A stretch of DNA of 56,491 nt from the NCBI GenBank assembly GCA_045588715.1, contig JAZNEQ010000151.1, forward strand, positions 1 to 56,491, given 5' to 3'. Position 1 is the stretch's first letter. The number at the start of each line of letters is the position of its first letter. Shown here one piece after another: positions 35,327-42,685 of this stretch. The DNA is from Eubacteriales bacterium. Its GTDB lineage: Bacteria > Bacillota > Clostridia > Oscillospirales > CAG-272. The notes under the pieces are model-generated. The model saw only the letters and a program-made list of their open reading frames with translations. It was not told where the DNA came from and did not search any database. The position numbers and the translations under genes were made by a program.

Positions 35327-36145
35327 ATGGAATCATATTTGGATCGGATTAAGCTTTTAAAAAATGAAAGAAAAATGACAAACGATCAGCTCTCAGAGTT
35401 GTCGGGGATCCCTCTTGGTACACTTAGCAAGATCTTGGCGGGAATGAGCGATTCTCCCAAGCTTTCCAATATTGTGGCGATCTGCAACGCTCTTGGTTGC
35501 TCGGTGGAATATATCGTCAGCGGTACGCCCGAAAATACAAACAACTATACGCTTTCGGGAGAGGAGATCCGCTTGGTCGAGGATTTTCGTGAGCTTGACG
35601 GTTATGGAAAGAGGCTTGTAAAAACCGTGCTTTCCATGGAGAAAACACGCGTTGTCGAAGCGCTTGACAAAGAAAATACGGAAGTGCTTATTCCCGAGCA
35701 GAAGGGAAGATCTACGCGGATTCTTCCCTCTATTCCCATGCGTGGACGGTATGCGGGGAATTCCGCGCGTACCGAAAAACGCACCATTTCACTTTACGAT
35801 CTTCCCGTTTCCGCCGGTGTTGGCGTATATCTTGAGGATGCGGTTGCTGAAACGATCAGTGTTCCAAGCACAGAAAAAACCGCCGAGGCGGATTATGCCC
35901 TCAGGATCAGTGGAAACAGCATGGAGCCGAAGTATCACGACGGCGACGTTTTGTTGGTTAAGGAAACGGATTCTGTTGACGTTGGCGAGCTTGGTATTTT
36001 CCTTTTGGACGGGTGCGGATTTTTCAAGATCTTTGGCGGCGATCGATTGCTGTCTTTAAACCCCCAATACGGCCCCATCCTTCTCAAGGATTTTTCCGAC
36101 ATTCAATGTAAAGGTGCCGTTGTAGGAAAATTAAAGAGAAAATAA
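35327..36145 (+). CDS. XRE-family HTH repressor fused to an S24 (LexA/CI-type) self-cleaving peptidase domain
   Basis: ATG at 35327 after GGAGG plus 5 nt. The HTH reads MTNDQLSELSGIPLGTLSKILAG. The S24 motifs are ISGNSMEP (Ser) and GFFKIF (Lys). Confidence 0.75.
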   Translation: MESYLDRIKLLKNERKMTNDQLSELSGIPLGTLSKILAGMSDSPKLSNIVAICNALGCSVEYIVSGTPENTNNYTLSGEEIRLVEDFRELDGYGKRLVKTVLSMEKTRVVEALDKENTEVLIPEQKGRSTRILPSIPMRGRYAGNSARTEKRTISLYDLPVSAGVGVYLEDAVAETISVPSTEKTAEADYALRISGNSMEPKYHDGDVLLVKETDSVDVGELGIFLLDGCGFFKIFGGDRLLSLNPQYGPILLKDFSDIQCKGAVVGKLKRK

Positions 36146-36166
36146 CACAAGGGAGTCTATGACAGA

Positions 36167-36979
36167 ATGAGCGCGCACGATAACCACAGAGAACGGATGC
36201 GGAAGCGGTACTATCTTAGCGGATTTGACTCTTTTTCAGATCATGAAATTTTGGAAATGATCCTTTACCATTGTATGCCGCGTGGGGATACCAACGAGCT
36301 TGCACACCGGCTCATCGAGCATTTTGGAAATTTTAATCATGTCATTGAGGCAAAGCCCGATGAACTGAAGAACATAAAGGGAATCGGCGAGTCCGCTGCA
36401 ATGCTTTTAAAGCTTGTGGAGGCGGCGGTTCGCATCTATGCCTCTTCTTACGTGGAGGTAGAAACGAGATACGATACCATCAAGAAGATTGCGGATTTTA
36501 TGTGGCCACGCTTTTTCGGATTGGATCACGAGCGACTTTATATGCTTCTTTTAAATAACAAGATGGGAATGATCGACTGTATTGCCTTGGCGGACGGATC
36601 GGTCAACAGTGCCAGTATTCAAACTCGCTTTATCATCGAAAGGGCACTTTCGAAAAAAGCGGCAGGGGTGGTTTTAGCACATAATCATCCGCACGGAATC
36701 GCCACGCCGTCCGACAGTGACGTTTCCTTAACGATGCGGCTTTACGACGGTCTTTCCTTAATTGATATTCCGTTGCTTGAGCATATCGTGATCGCCGAAA
36801 ATCGATTTGTTCCGATCATAAAAACAAGGTGTGGAATATCCGGCAGAATTTTTGGAAGCGACTCGCTTGTTGGAACCAATGGATTTGATCCCGACCGTTT
36901 TTACGACGTTGATGAGGAGAATTATCGTTTTGAACCGCTCTTCCATAAAATATTGGGAGAAGATCGGGAGCGCGACTAA
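36167..36979 (+). CDS. radC: RadC-family JAB/MPN-domain protein
   Basis: The N-terminal HhH-like part reads RERMRKRY...FSDHEILEMILYH. The JAMM motif is VLAHNHPHG..PSDSD. The protein is about 40 aa longer at the C-terminus than typical RadC. Confidence 0.8.
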   Translation: MSAHDNHRERMRKRYYLSGFDSFSDHEILEMILYHCMPRGDTNELAHRLIEHFGNFNHVIEAKPDELKNIKGIGESAAMLLKLVEAAVRIYASSYVEVETRYDTIKKIADFMWPRFFGLDHERLYMLLLNNKMGMIDCIALADGSVNSASIQTRFIIERALSKKAAGVVLAHNHPHGIATPSDSDVSLTMRLYDGLSLIDIPLLEHIVIAENRFVPIIKTRCGISGRIFGSDSLVGTNGFDPDRFYDVDEENYRFEPLFHKILGEDRERD

Positions 36980-37021
36980 AAAATACATATAAAAATTGAA
37001 ATCCGTATGGATTTCTACCTT

Positions 37022-37072
37022 AAAAACCGCTTTTTCTATCGTTTTTTTCGACAGAAAAAGCGGTTCTTTTTT
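37022..37072. terminator. Bidirectional terminator between radC and eno
   Basis: AACCGCTTTTTCT (37025-37037) pairs with AGAAAAAGCGGTT (37053-37065), flanked by A and T runs. Confidence 0.7.
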
Positions 37073-37083
37073 CTTATTTGATC

Positions 37084-37119
37084 CGTGTGTTTTTGTTCTG
37101 CGCTAAATGAAGCAGCCCC
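37084..37119 (+). repeat. 36-nt element, copy A (in the eno 3' UTR)
   Basis: CGTGTGTTTTTGTTCTGCGCTAAATGAAGCAGCCCC matches the reverse complement of 42342-42377 at 35 of 36 positions. Confidence 0.85.
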
Positions 37120-37129
37120 GTGCGGTTGC

Positions 37130-38461
37130 TCAGCTGCCTATAACGGCGGGCTTGCGTGTTTCCGCTTTTTTTAAGGAAGAAGTGTGAAAGGAATGCCCCA
37201 GTCCGTATCTGTGAGAGGAGCCAAGAGCGGATTCAATTCGCAAAAGTCGATTGTATTTGGCTACGCGCTCACTGCGGCAGGGGGCGCCTGTTTTGATCAG
37301 CGGAGCACATACCGCGACTGAAAGATCGGCAATGGTGGTATCTTCGGTTTCTCCGCTTCTGTGCGAGGGGATATAACGGTAGCCGGCATCTCGTGCTGTG
37401 GCGATCACGGAAAGCGTTTCGGTAAGGGTCCCTATTTGATTGGGTTTGATCAAGATCGTGTTGGCGGCGCCTGCTAAGATCCCTTCCTTTAATCTTTTTT
37501 CATTGGTAACGAAAAGATCGTCTCCAACCAGCAGAAGGTCTTTCCCAAGTCGTTCTGTCAAAATGCGCCATCCTTCAAAATCCCTTTGATCCAATCCGTC
37601 CTCAATCGAAAAAATGGGGTATTTTTTGGAAAGACTTACCCAATTTTCAATCAGTGCGGCGCGGGTATATTGCTTTTTGCGCTTTGGCATACGGTAGGCG
37701 CCATCCTCGCAATACCATTCGCTGGAGGCACAATCCAATGCGATCTTTACGCGGTCGGTATCGTATCCAGCCTCGGCAATGGCGCGACAGATCAGATCCA
37801 GTGCCTCCTCGTCATCGGAAAGATTGGGAGCGAAGCCTCCTTCGTCTCCTACTGTGGAAGCAAAACCGCCCTCTTTTAATATTCTTCCAAGGGTATGATA
37901 TATTTCGCATCCGATCCTCATTGCCTCGCACAAAGAGGAGGCGCCCACAGGGGCGATCATGAATTCTTGAATCTCCACGTTGTTGGATGCGTGTGCGCCT
38001 CCGTTGAGAATATTCATCATGGGAACGGGGAGTCTTGTTGCCTGTGTTCCGCCAAGATATTTGTAAAGGGGAATATGATACCAGTTGGCGGCGGCGCGCG
38101 CCGTTGCCATTGATACGGCAAGAATGGCATTGGCGCCAAGACGCGCTTTGTTTTCGGTTCCGTCAAGATCGCAAAGGATTCTGTCTACCTCGCTTTGCTC
38201 GCATGCGCAAAGACCCGAAAGAGCAGGGGAGATGATCTTTGAAACGCCCGCCGCGGCATCCCTGACCCCCTTGCCGTTGTATCGAGAGGGATTGGCGTCG
38301 CGCTTTTCGCAAGCCTCGTAAATTCCGGTGGATGCACCCGAGGGGACGCTGGCAACTCCTACGGTGCCGTCGGTGAGGAAAACGGTGGCTTCCACAGTAG
38401 GGTTTCCCCTGGAATCAAGGATCTCTCTGGCGCAAGAGCGCAGTATTTGCGGTTTGTTCAT
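37130..38461 (-). CDS. eno: Enolase (phosphopyruvate hydratase), somewhat divergent copy
   Basis: Motifs present are EILDSRGNPTVEA, GDEGGFAP, IEDG, VGDDL, LIKPNQIGT, SHRSGETED and IKTGAP. The segment EACEKRD and a C-terminal extension are atypical. Confidence 0.88.
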   Translation of the reverse strand: MNKPQILRSCAREILDSRGNPTVEATVFLTDGTVGVASVPSGASTGIYEACEKRDANPSRYNGKGVRDAAAGVSKIISPALSGLCACEQSEVDRILCDLDGTENKARLGANAILAVSMATARAAANWYHIPLYKYLGGTQATRLPVPMMNILNGGAHASNNVEIQEFMIAPVGASSLCEAMRIGCEIYHTLGRILKEGGFASTVGDEGGFAPNLSDDEEALDLICRAIAEAGYDTDRVKIALDCASSEWYCEDGAYRMPKRKKQYTRAALIENWVSLSKKYPIFSIEDGLDQRDFEGWRILTERLGKDLLLVGDDLFVTNEKRLKEGILAGAANTILIKPNQIGTLTETLSVIATARDAGYRYIPSHRSGETEDTTIADLSVAVCAPLIKTGAPCRSERVAKYNRLLRIESALGSSHRYGLGHSFHTSSLKKAETRKPAVIGS

Positions 38462-38540
38462 ATTGTGTCATCCTTTCGTATAAAAATTGAGCAATCCTAT
38501 TATCGCCCCCCAAAAAATGCTTTATACAAAAGGAAGAGGT

Positions 38541-38655
38541 AAAAATAAAATTGCACACCGTGGGCTCCCGCGAGGCAGGTGTCATAAGATTGACACTTCG
38601 CAGGGCGTATGCGGTGTGCATAAAGGGGAACCCGGAGAGCTCTTGCTCACCGGCA
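38541..38655 (-). ncRNA. Candidate structured leader or small RNA ending in an intrinsic terminator, upstream of eno
   Basis: On the minus strand a P1 hairpin reads CCGGTGAGC-AAGA-GCTCTCCGG. An approximately 80-nt three-tier hairpin follows (TGCACACCG/CGGTGTGCA, CCC(T)GCGA/TCGCGGG, GTGTCA/TGACAC), then AATTTTATTTTT. I do not recognise a known RNA family. Confidence 0.4.
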
Positions 38656-38661
38656 GATAAT

Positions 38662-38690
38662 ATTATACATCATTTACCTTGTTTTGTAAA
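38662..38690 (-). promoter_or_regulatory. Sigma-A type promoter driving the structured RNA and eno
   Basis: The minus strand reads TTTACA (38690-38685), a 17-nt spacer, then TATAAT (38667-38662). Confidence 0.6.
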
Positions 38691-38847
38691 TAATCAATAG
38701 TGACGAAAATTATCAAAAAAATTTGGCAAAAAGCATATGAGTTAGAAATTTTAATGGTTTTTATTTCCCTTTTTTGTGTATAATTTCAATGGACATAAAT
38801 GTCGTGGGTCTAAAAAAGGTCGAATTCTGTTTTTTTAGAGAATTCTA

Positions 38848-38876
38848 TTTACAAATTCGTAGAATTATGGTAGAAT
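38848..38876 (+). promoter_or_regulatory. Promoter of the MFS/histidine-phosphatase pair
   Basis: TTTACA (38848-38853), a 17-nt spacer, then TAGAAT (38871-38876). Confidence 0.5.
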
Positions 38877-38905
38877 ACTTCTATTGAATTTTGAGGGAAA
38901 AAGCT

Positions 38906-40087
38906 ATGAAACTGACATGTCGTTCTACCATGCTCGCCTGTTATAACGGATATATTACGCAGGCGATCTCTATCAATTTAGCGCCGCTTCTTTATCTGAC
39001 CTTTCAAAAGGAATTCGGCCTTTCGGTGGGAGAGATCAGCGCGTTGATCGCTTTTAACTTTTTTACCCAACTTTCGATCGATGCTGTTGCGACCCGCTTT
39101 GCCCGCCGTATAAATCTTCGTATTTTTACGGTACTGGCACACGTTTTTGTTGTCATCGGTCTGTGCGGGCTTTCTCTCTTTCCGCTCTTTATGTCTCCTT
39201 ACTTGGGGCTTTTGCTTGCCGTTGGACTTTTGGGGCTTGGCGGTGGATTTACCGAGGTTTTGATCAGCCCCCTCTTGGAAGCATGTCCCACTGAGGGAAA
39301 AGCTGGGAATATGAGCCTTCTTCATTCCTTTTATTGCTGGGGACAGGCGGCGATCGTTCTTTTTTCGGGACTTTATTTTTATTTCTTCGATATCGAAATT
39401 TCCTGGCGCTACCTACCTTTTTTATGGGCGATCATTCCCTTGGCGGGTGCCGTTGCCTTTGCGCTGGTCCCCATCTACCGTCTTCCGGGTGACAGTGAGG
39501 AGGGAGGGCTTGGCTTACGTGCTCTTTTGCGCCGCCCCCTTTTCTTCCTCTTCTTGTTAATGATGCTTTGTGCGGGAGCGGGAGAGATGATCATGAGCCA
39601 ATGGGCAAGCGCTTTTGCGGAGTCTGCGTTGCGTATTCCCAAGGCGGTGGGCGATCTTTTAGGACCTTGTATGTTTGCCTTGATGATGGGGAGTGCGCGT
39701 GCCTTTTACGGGAAATTCAGCAACCGATTGGACTTGCATCGGCTAATGCTTTTGGGATGTGTGGGGTGTGCGATATCCTACCTTTTGGCGGCATTTGCAC
39801 CGTACCCCGCGCTTTCGCTTTTCGGATGCGCTTTGTGCGGTCTCAGCGTTGGAATTTTCTGGCCGGGGATACTCAGCCGTGCGGCAGAGGCGTTTCCCAT
39901 GGGGGGGATTTCCATGTTTGCGTTGCTTGCCCTTGCAGGGGACCTCGGTTGTCTTGCCGGTCCCAGCGCAGCGGGTGGGATCGCCGATCTTTTGGGGGGC
40001 GATCTTAAATGGGCGTTTTTCTTTGCCGCGCTCTTTCCAATCATTTGTTTTACGGCTTTATTACTACACAACAGGAAGAAGGATTGA
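38906..40087 (+). CDS. MFS transporter
   Basis: I prefer the ATG at 38906. The 393-aa product has about 12 hydrophobic segments. Confidence 0.75.
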   Translation: MKLTCRSTMLACYNGYITQAISINLAPLLYLTFQKEFGLSVGEISALIAFNFFTQLSIDAVATRFARRINLRIFTVLAHVFVVIGLCGLSLFPLFMSPYLGLLLAVGLLGLGGGFTEVLISPLLEACPTEGKAGNMSLLHSFYCWGQAAIVLFSGLYFYFFDIEISWRYLPFLWAIIPLAGAVAFALVPIYRLPGDSEEGGLGLRALLRRPLFFLFLLMMLCAGAGEMIMSQWASAFAESALRIPKAVGDLLGPCMFALMMGSARAFYGKFSNRLDLHRLMLLGCVGCAISYLLAAFAPYPALSLFGCALCGLSVGIFWPGILSRAAEAFPMGGISMFALLALAGDLGCLAGPSAAGGIADLLGGDLKWAFFFAALFPIICFTALLLHNRKKD

Positions 40088-40737
40088 TGAAAATGACGAA
40101 AATGATTTTTGTACGTCATGGACAAAGCGAAGCCAATCTTGCCCGCGTGTTTGCAGGAAACACCGACACGGTGTTGACAGAACTTGGAAAGCTTCAGGCA
40201 GAAAGAACCGCGCTTTTTCTTAAGGATTATAAAATTGACGTAATTTACGCAAGCGATCTTACGCGTGCTATGCAAACGGCTATCCCCACGGCAAAAGCAC
40301 AGGGGCTTGGGATCATTCCGTGCGAGGAGCTTCGCGAAATTTACGCGGGAGACTGGGAAAACCTTCCGTATGAGGTGCTGATGCGTGATTTTGAGGAAAG
40401 CTATGCTATGTGGCGCAACGATTGCGGACGCGCACATCCCGAAAACGGTGAAAGTGTGATCGAGCTTTCAAAGCGCATTTATCAGGCTGTAGAGCATATT
40501 GCTCGCAAGCACGAGGGAAAATGCGTGGCGATTTTTTCCCATGCAACGCCCATTCGTCTTTTGCGTGCCAAGTGGGAGGGATATCCCCCTGAGGAGCTTT
40601 CCCGCGTGATGTTTTGCTCCAATGCTTCGGTCAGCATTGTAGATTATAATGCGGACGGCTCTTATAACGTACAGCTTTGCGGCTACGACGGTCATCAAGG
40701 AGAGCTTTCGACGGGCTTTGCCAAGGGAATCGTTTGA
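40087..40737 (+). CDS. Histidine phosphatase family protein (phosphoglycerate-mutase-like)
   Basis: The ATG at 40087 overlaps the MFS stop (TGATG). The motif IFVRHGQSEAN and a downstream SHA..IR context are present. Confidence 0.8.
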   Translation: MKMTKMIFVRHGQSEANLARVFAGNTDTVLTELGKLQAERTALFLKDYKIDVIYASDLTRAMQTAIPTAKAQGLGIIPCEELREIYAGDWENLPYEVLMRDFEESYAMWRNDCGRAHPENGESVIELSKRIYQAVEHIARKHEGKCVAIFSHATPIRLLRAKWEGYPPEELSRVMFCSNASVSIVDYNADGSYNVQLCGYDGHQGELSTGFAKGIV

Positions 40738-40775
40738 TTTTAACGAAATATAATAGGCTTGTTCTAAAATGATTG

Positions 40776-40815
40776 AACCTCCCATATATTGTATCAACGC
40801 GATATACGGGAGGTT
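40776..40815 (+). terminator. Hairpin that terminates the MFS operon; its 3' arm contains the spoIVA Shine-Dalgarno
   Basis: AACCTCCCATATAT (40776-40789) pairs with ATATACGGGAGGTT (40802-40815) with one mismatch. TTTAT and the ATG at 40821 follow. Confidence 0.5.
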
Positions 40816-40820
40816 TTATC

Positions 40821-42299
40821 ATGCCGGAGCATTCAATTTATAAAGACATTGCCGAGCGGACAGGCGGAGATATTTACGTTGGAGTCGTAGGACCGGTCCG
40901 CAGTGGAAAGTCCACGTTTATTAAGAGGTTTATGGAAGAGGTCGTGCTTCCCAATATCGGGGAAGGGTATTCCCGCGACCGCGCTCGGGATGAGCTGCCG
41001 CAATCGGCAGCGGGAAAGACTGTGATGACCACCGAGCCGAAGTTTATTCCCGAGGATGCGGTTCCCGTGGTGTTGGAAAACAACGCCCAAATGCGCGTCC
41101 GTATGATCGATTGTGTGGGCTATCTGATTCCCGAGGCTATGGGGGCGATCGAGGACGGTCAACCGCGCATGGTAAGAACGCCCTGGCGGGAGGAGCCAAT
41201 GCCGTTTGTTGAGGCGGCAGAAATGGGGACCCATAAGGTCATTACCGAGCATTCCACCATAGGAATGCTTGTTACGACGGACGGAACGATCGGTGAAATA
41301 CCGCGCGATGCGTATATTGAAGCCGAGGAGCGCATCGTAAAGGAACTGCGGGAGATCGGAAAGCCCTTTGCGATTATTCTGAATTCCGCGCAGCCCGCGT
41401 CCGAAAACGCAAGGAATCTTGCTTTTGAATTGGAGGAAAAATACGCAGCTCCCGTTGCTCTTGTCAGTTGTTTGGAGCTGGATGCAGAAGATATCCGTCA
41501 TATTCTGGGGCTTGTGCTGGAGGAATTCCCGGTTACAGAGATTCGCATTCGCGTTCCCGAATGGATGAGTGCCTTGCCGGAGGACCACCGCATCCGTTCT
41601 TCTGTCCGCGCCTCTGTTTGCCGTTGTGCAGATCTTGTTTCTCGTATCGGGGACGTGAGGGACGCATTTGAAAAAATGTGCGAAAATGAATATACCGAAA
41701 AGGCGCAGGTCAGCGCGCTGGAGCTGGGCACGGGAAAGGCGTGTGTCGATCTTGAGATGCGCCGCGGACTTTATTATGAGATCGTTAGCGAAGTGACGGG
41801 ATTTTCGGTGCAAAGTGAGCGTGAATTGATTGCGCTTCTGTGCGAGCTTTCCAAAATGAAGGTGCGATACGACAAGGTGGCGGAGGCACTGGACGAGGTC
41901 AGCGCGGGCGGTTACGGGATCGTGATGCCCGACGTGGAGGATCTGAGACTTGAGGAGCCGCAGATCGTCAAGCAGGCGGGCGGTTACGGTGTCAAGCTTC
42001 GTGCCGCGGCACAGTCGGTACACATGATCCGTGCCAATATTCAGGCGGAGATCAATCCCATGGTGGGAACCGAGGAGCAATCAGAGGATCTTGTACGCTA
42101 TCTTCTCAAGGAATTTGAAGAGGATCCCAAGAGCATTTGGCAGTCCAATATGTTTGGGAAATCCTTGTATGAGTTGATCAACGAAGGACTTCATACCAAG
42201 CTTGAGCATATGCCGCCGGAGTCAAGAGAAAAGCTTTCGGAAACCTTGGAGAGGATCGTGAACGAAGGAAGCAATGGGCTGATCTGTATTCTTTTGTGA
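40821..42299 (+). CDS. spoIVA: Stage IV sporulation protein A (spore-coat morphogenetic ATPase)
   Basis: 492 aa from the ATG at 40821. The segment IYKDIAERTGGDIYVGVVGPVRSGKSTFIKRFME..ELPQSAAGKTVMTTEPKF matches SpoIVA closely. Confidence 0.92.
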   Translation: MPEHSIYKDIAERTGGDIYVGVVGPVRSGKSTFIKRFMEEVVLPNIGEGYSRDRARDELPQSAAGKTVMTTEPKFIPEDAVPVVLENNAQMRVRMIDCVGYLIPEAMGAIEDGQPRMVRTPWREEPMPFVEAAEMGTHKVITEHSTIGMLVTTDGTIGEIPRDAYIEAEERIVKELREIGKPFAIILNSAQPASENARNLAFELEEKYAAPVALVSCLELDAEDIRHILGLVLEEFPVTEIRIRVPEWMSALPEDHRIRSSVRASVCRCADLVSRIGDVRDAFEKMCENEYTEKAQVSALELGTGKACVDLEMRRGLYYEIVSEVTGFSVQSERELIALLCELSKMKVRYDKVAEALDEVSAGGYGIVMPDVEDLRLEEPQIVKQAGGYGVKLRAAAQSVHMIRANIQAEINPMVGTEEQSEDLVRYLLKEFEEDPKSIWQSNMFGKSLYELINEGLHTKLEHMPPESREKLSETLERIVNEGSNGLICILL

Positions 42300-42341
42300 T
42301 TGGTGTTTTGAGTATAAGGCTACGCACGTACGTTGTTTTAA

Positions 42342-42377
42342 GGGGCTGATTCATTTAGCGCAGAACAAAAACACACG
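42342..42377 (-). repeat. 36-nt element, copy B (in the spoIVA 3' UTR)
   Basis: The plus strand reads GGGGCTGATTCATTTAGCGCAGAACAAAAACACACG. It has the same orientation relative to its upstream gene as copy A has relative to eno. Confidence 0.85.
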
Positions 42378-42467
42378 AGAAAAAATGAAAAGAAAAAGCC
42401 GCCAAAACATCAAAAATGATTGTTTGGCAACTTTCGAAGTGGAAATTCTTGCGAATTTCGATTTTTA

Positions 42468-42563
42468 TGTGTGTTTTTTAGCCGCGTTCACGACACTTAC
42501 CGTACCTTTGTACGTCTACAGTGTCGCGAACGCGGCTTCTGTTTCTGTTTGAATCAGCCCCTT
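42468..42563 (+). repeat. Third, interrupted copy of the 36-nt element carrying a nested hairpin
   Basis: TGTGTGTTTTTTA, then a hairpin insert at 42481-42536, then TTCTGTTTCTGTTTGAATCAGCCCCTT. The ends match copy A (GTGTGTTTTT ... GAATCAGCCCC). The hairpin arms GCCGCGTTCACGACACT and AGTGTCGCGAACGCGGC pair at 16 of 17 positions. Confidence 0.7.
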
Positions 42564-42594
42564 TTTTACAGGGATATGAAATTATGATTTTGGA

Positions 42595-42623
42595 TTGACA
42601 CGGAAAGAAGGGTGTGCTATAAT
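42595..42623 (+). promoter_or_regulatory. Consensus sigma-A promoter ahead of the GH42-like gene
   Basis: TTGACA (42595-42600), a 17-nt spacer, then TATAAT (42618-42623). Confidence 0.65.
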
Positions 42624-42685
42624 AAAAAAGAAGATAATTAGATCGCTCTGTGACAGAATAAATAAAATTTTGAGGAGACATCGTT

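Noticed and set aside
38541-38655. I considered identifying the eno-upstream structured RNA as SRP RNA, 6S RNA, a T-box or a common riboswitch class.
   Set aside because: The sequence has no SRP domain-IV motif (GGAA tetraloop with AGCA/GGCA loops), no T-box sequence and no conserved cores that I recognise. It therefore stays an unclassified candidate rather than a named family.
40833-42080. A 415-aa minus-strand ORF lies opposite spoIVA.
   Set aside because: spoIVA on the plus strand is unambiguous over its full length. The antisense frame has no RBS and no recognisable motifs.
37084-42377. The inverted 36-nt copies A and B could be the ends of a 5.3-kb composite transposon or invertible segment.
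   Set aside because: The enclosed genes (eno, MFS, phosphatase, spoIVA) are core-type and no recombinase or transposase is present. Each copy has the same position and orientation relative to its upstream gene's 3' end, which fits a UTR or intergenic repeat better.
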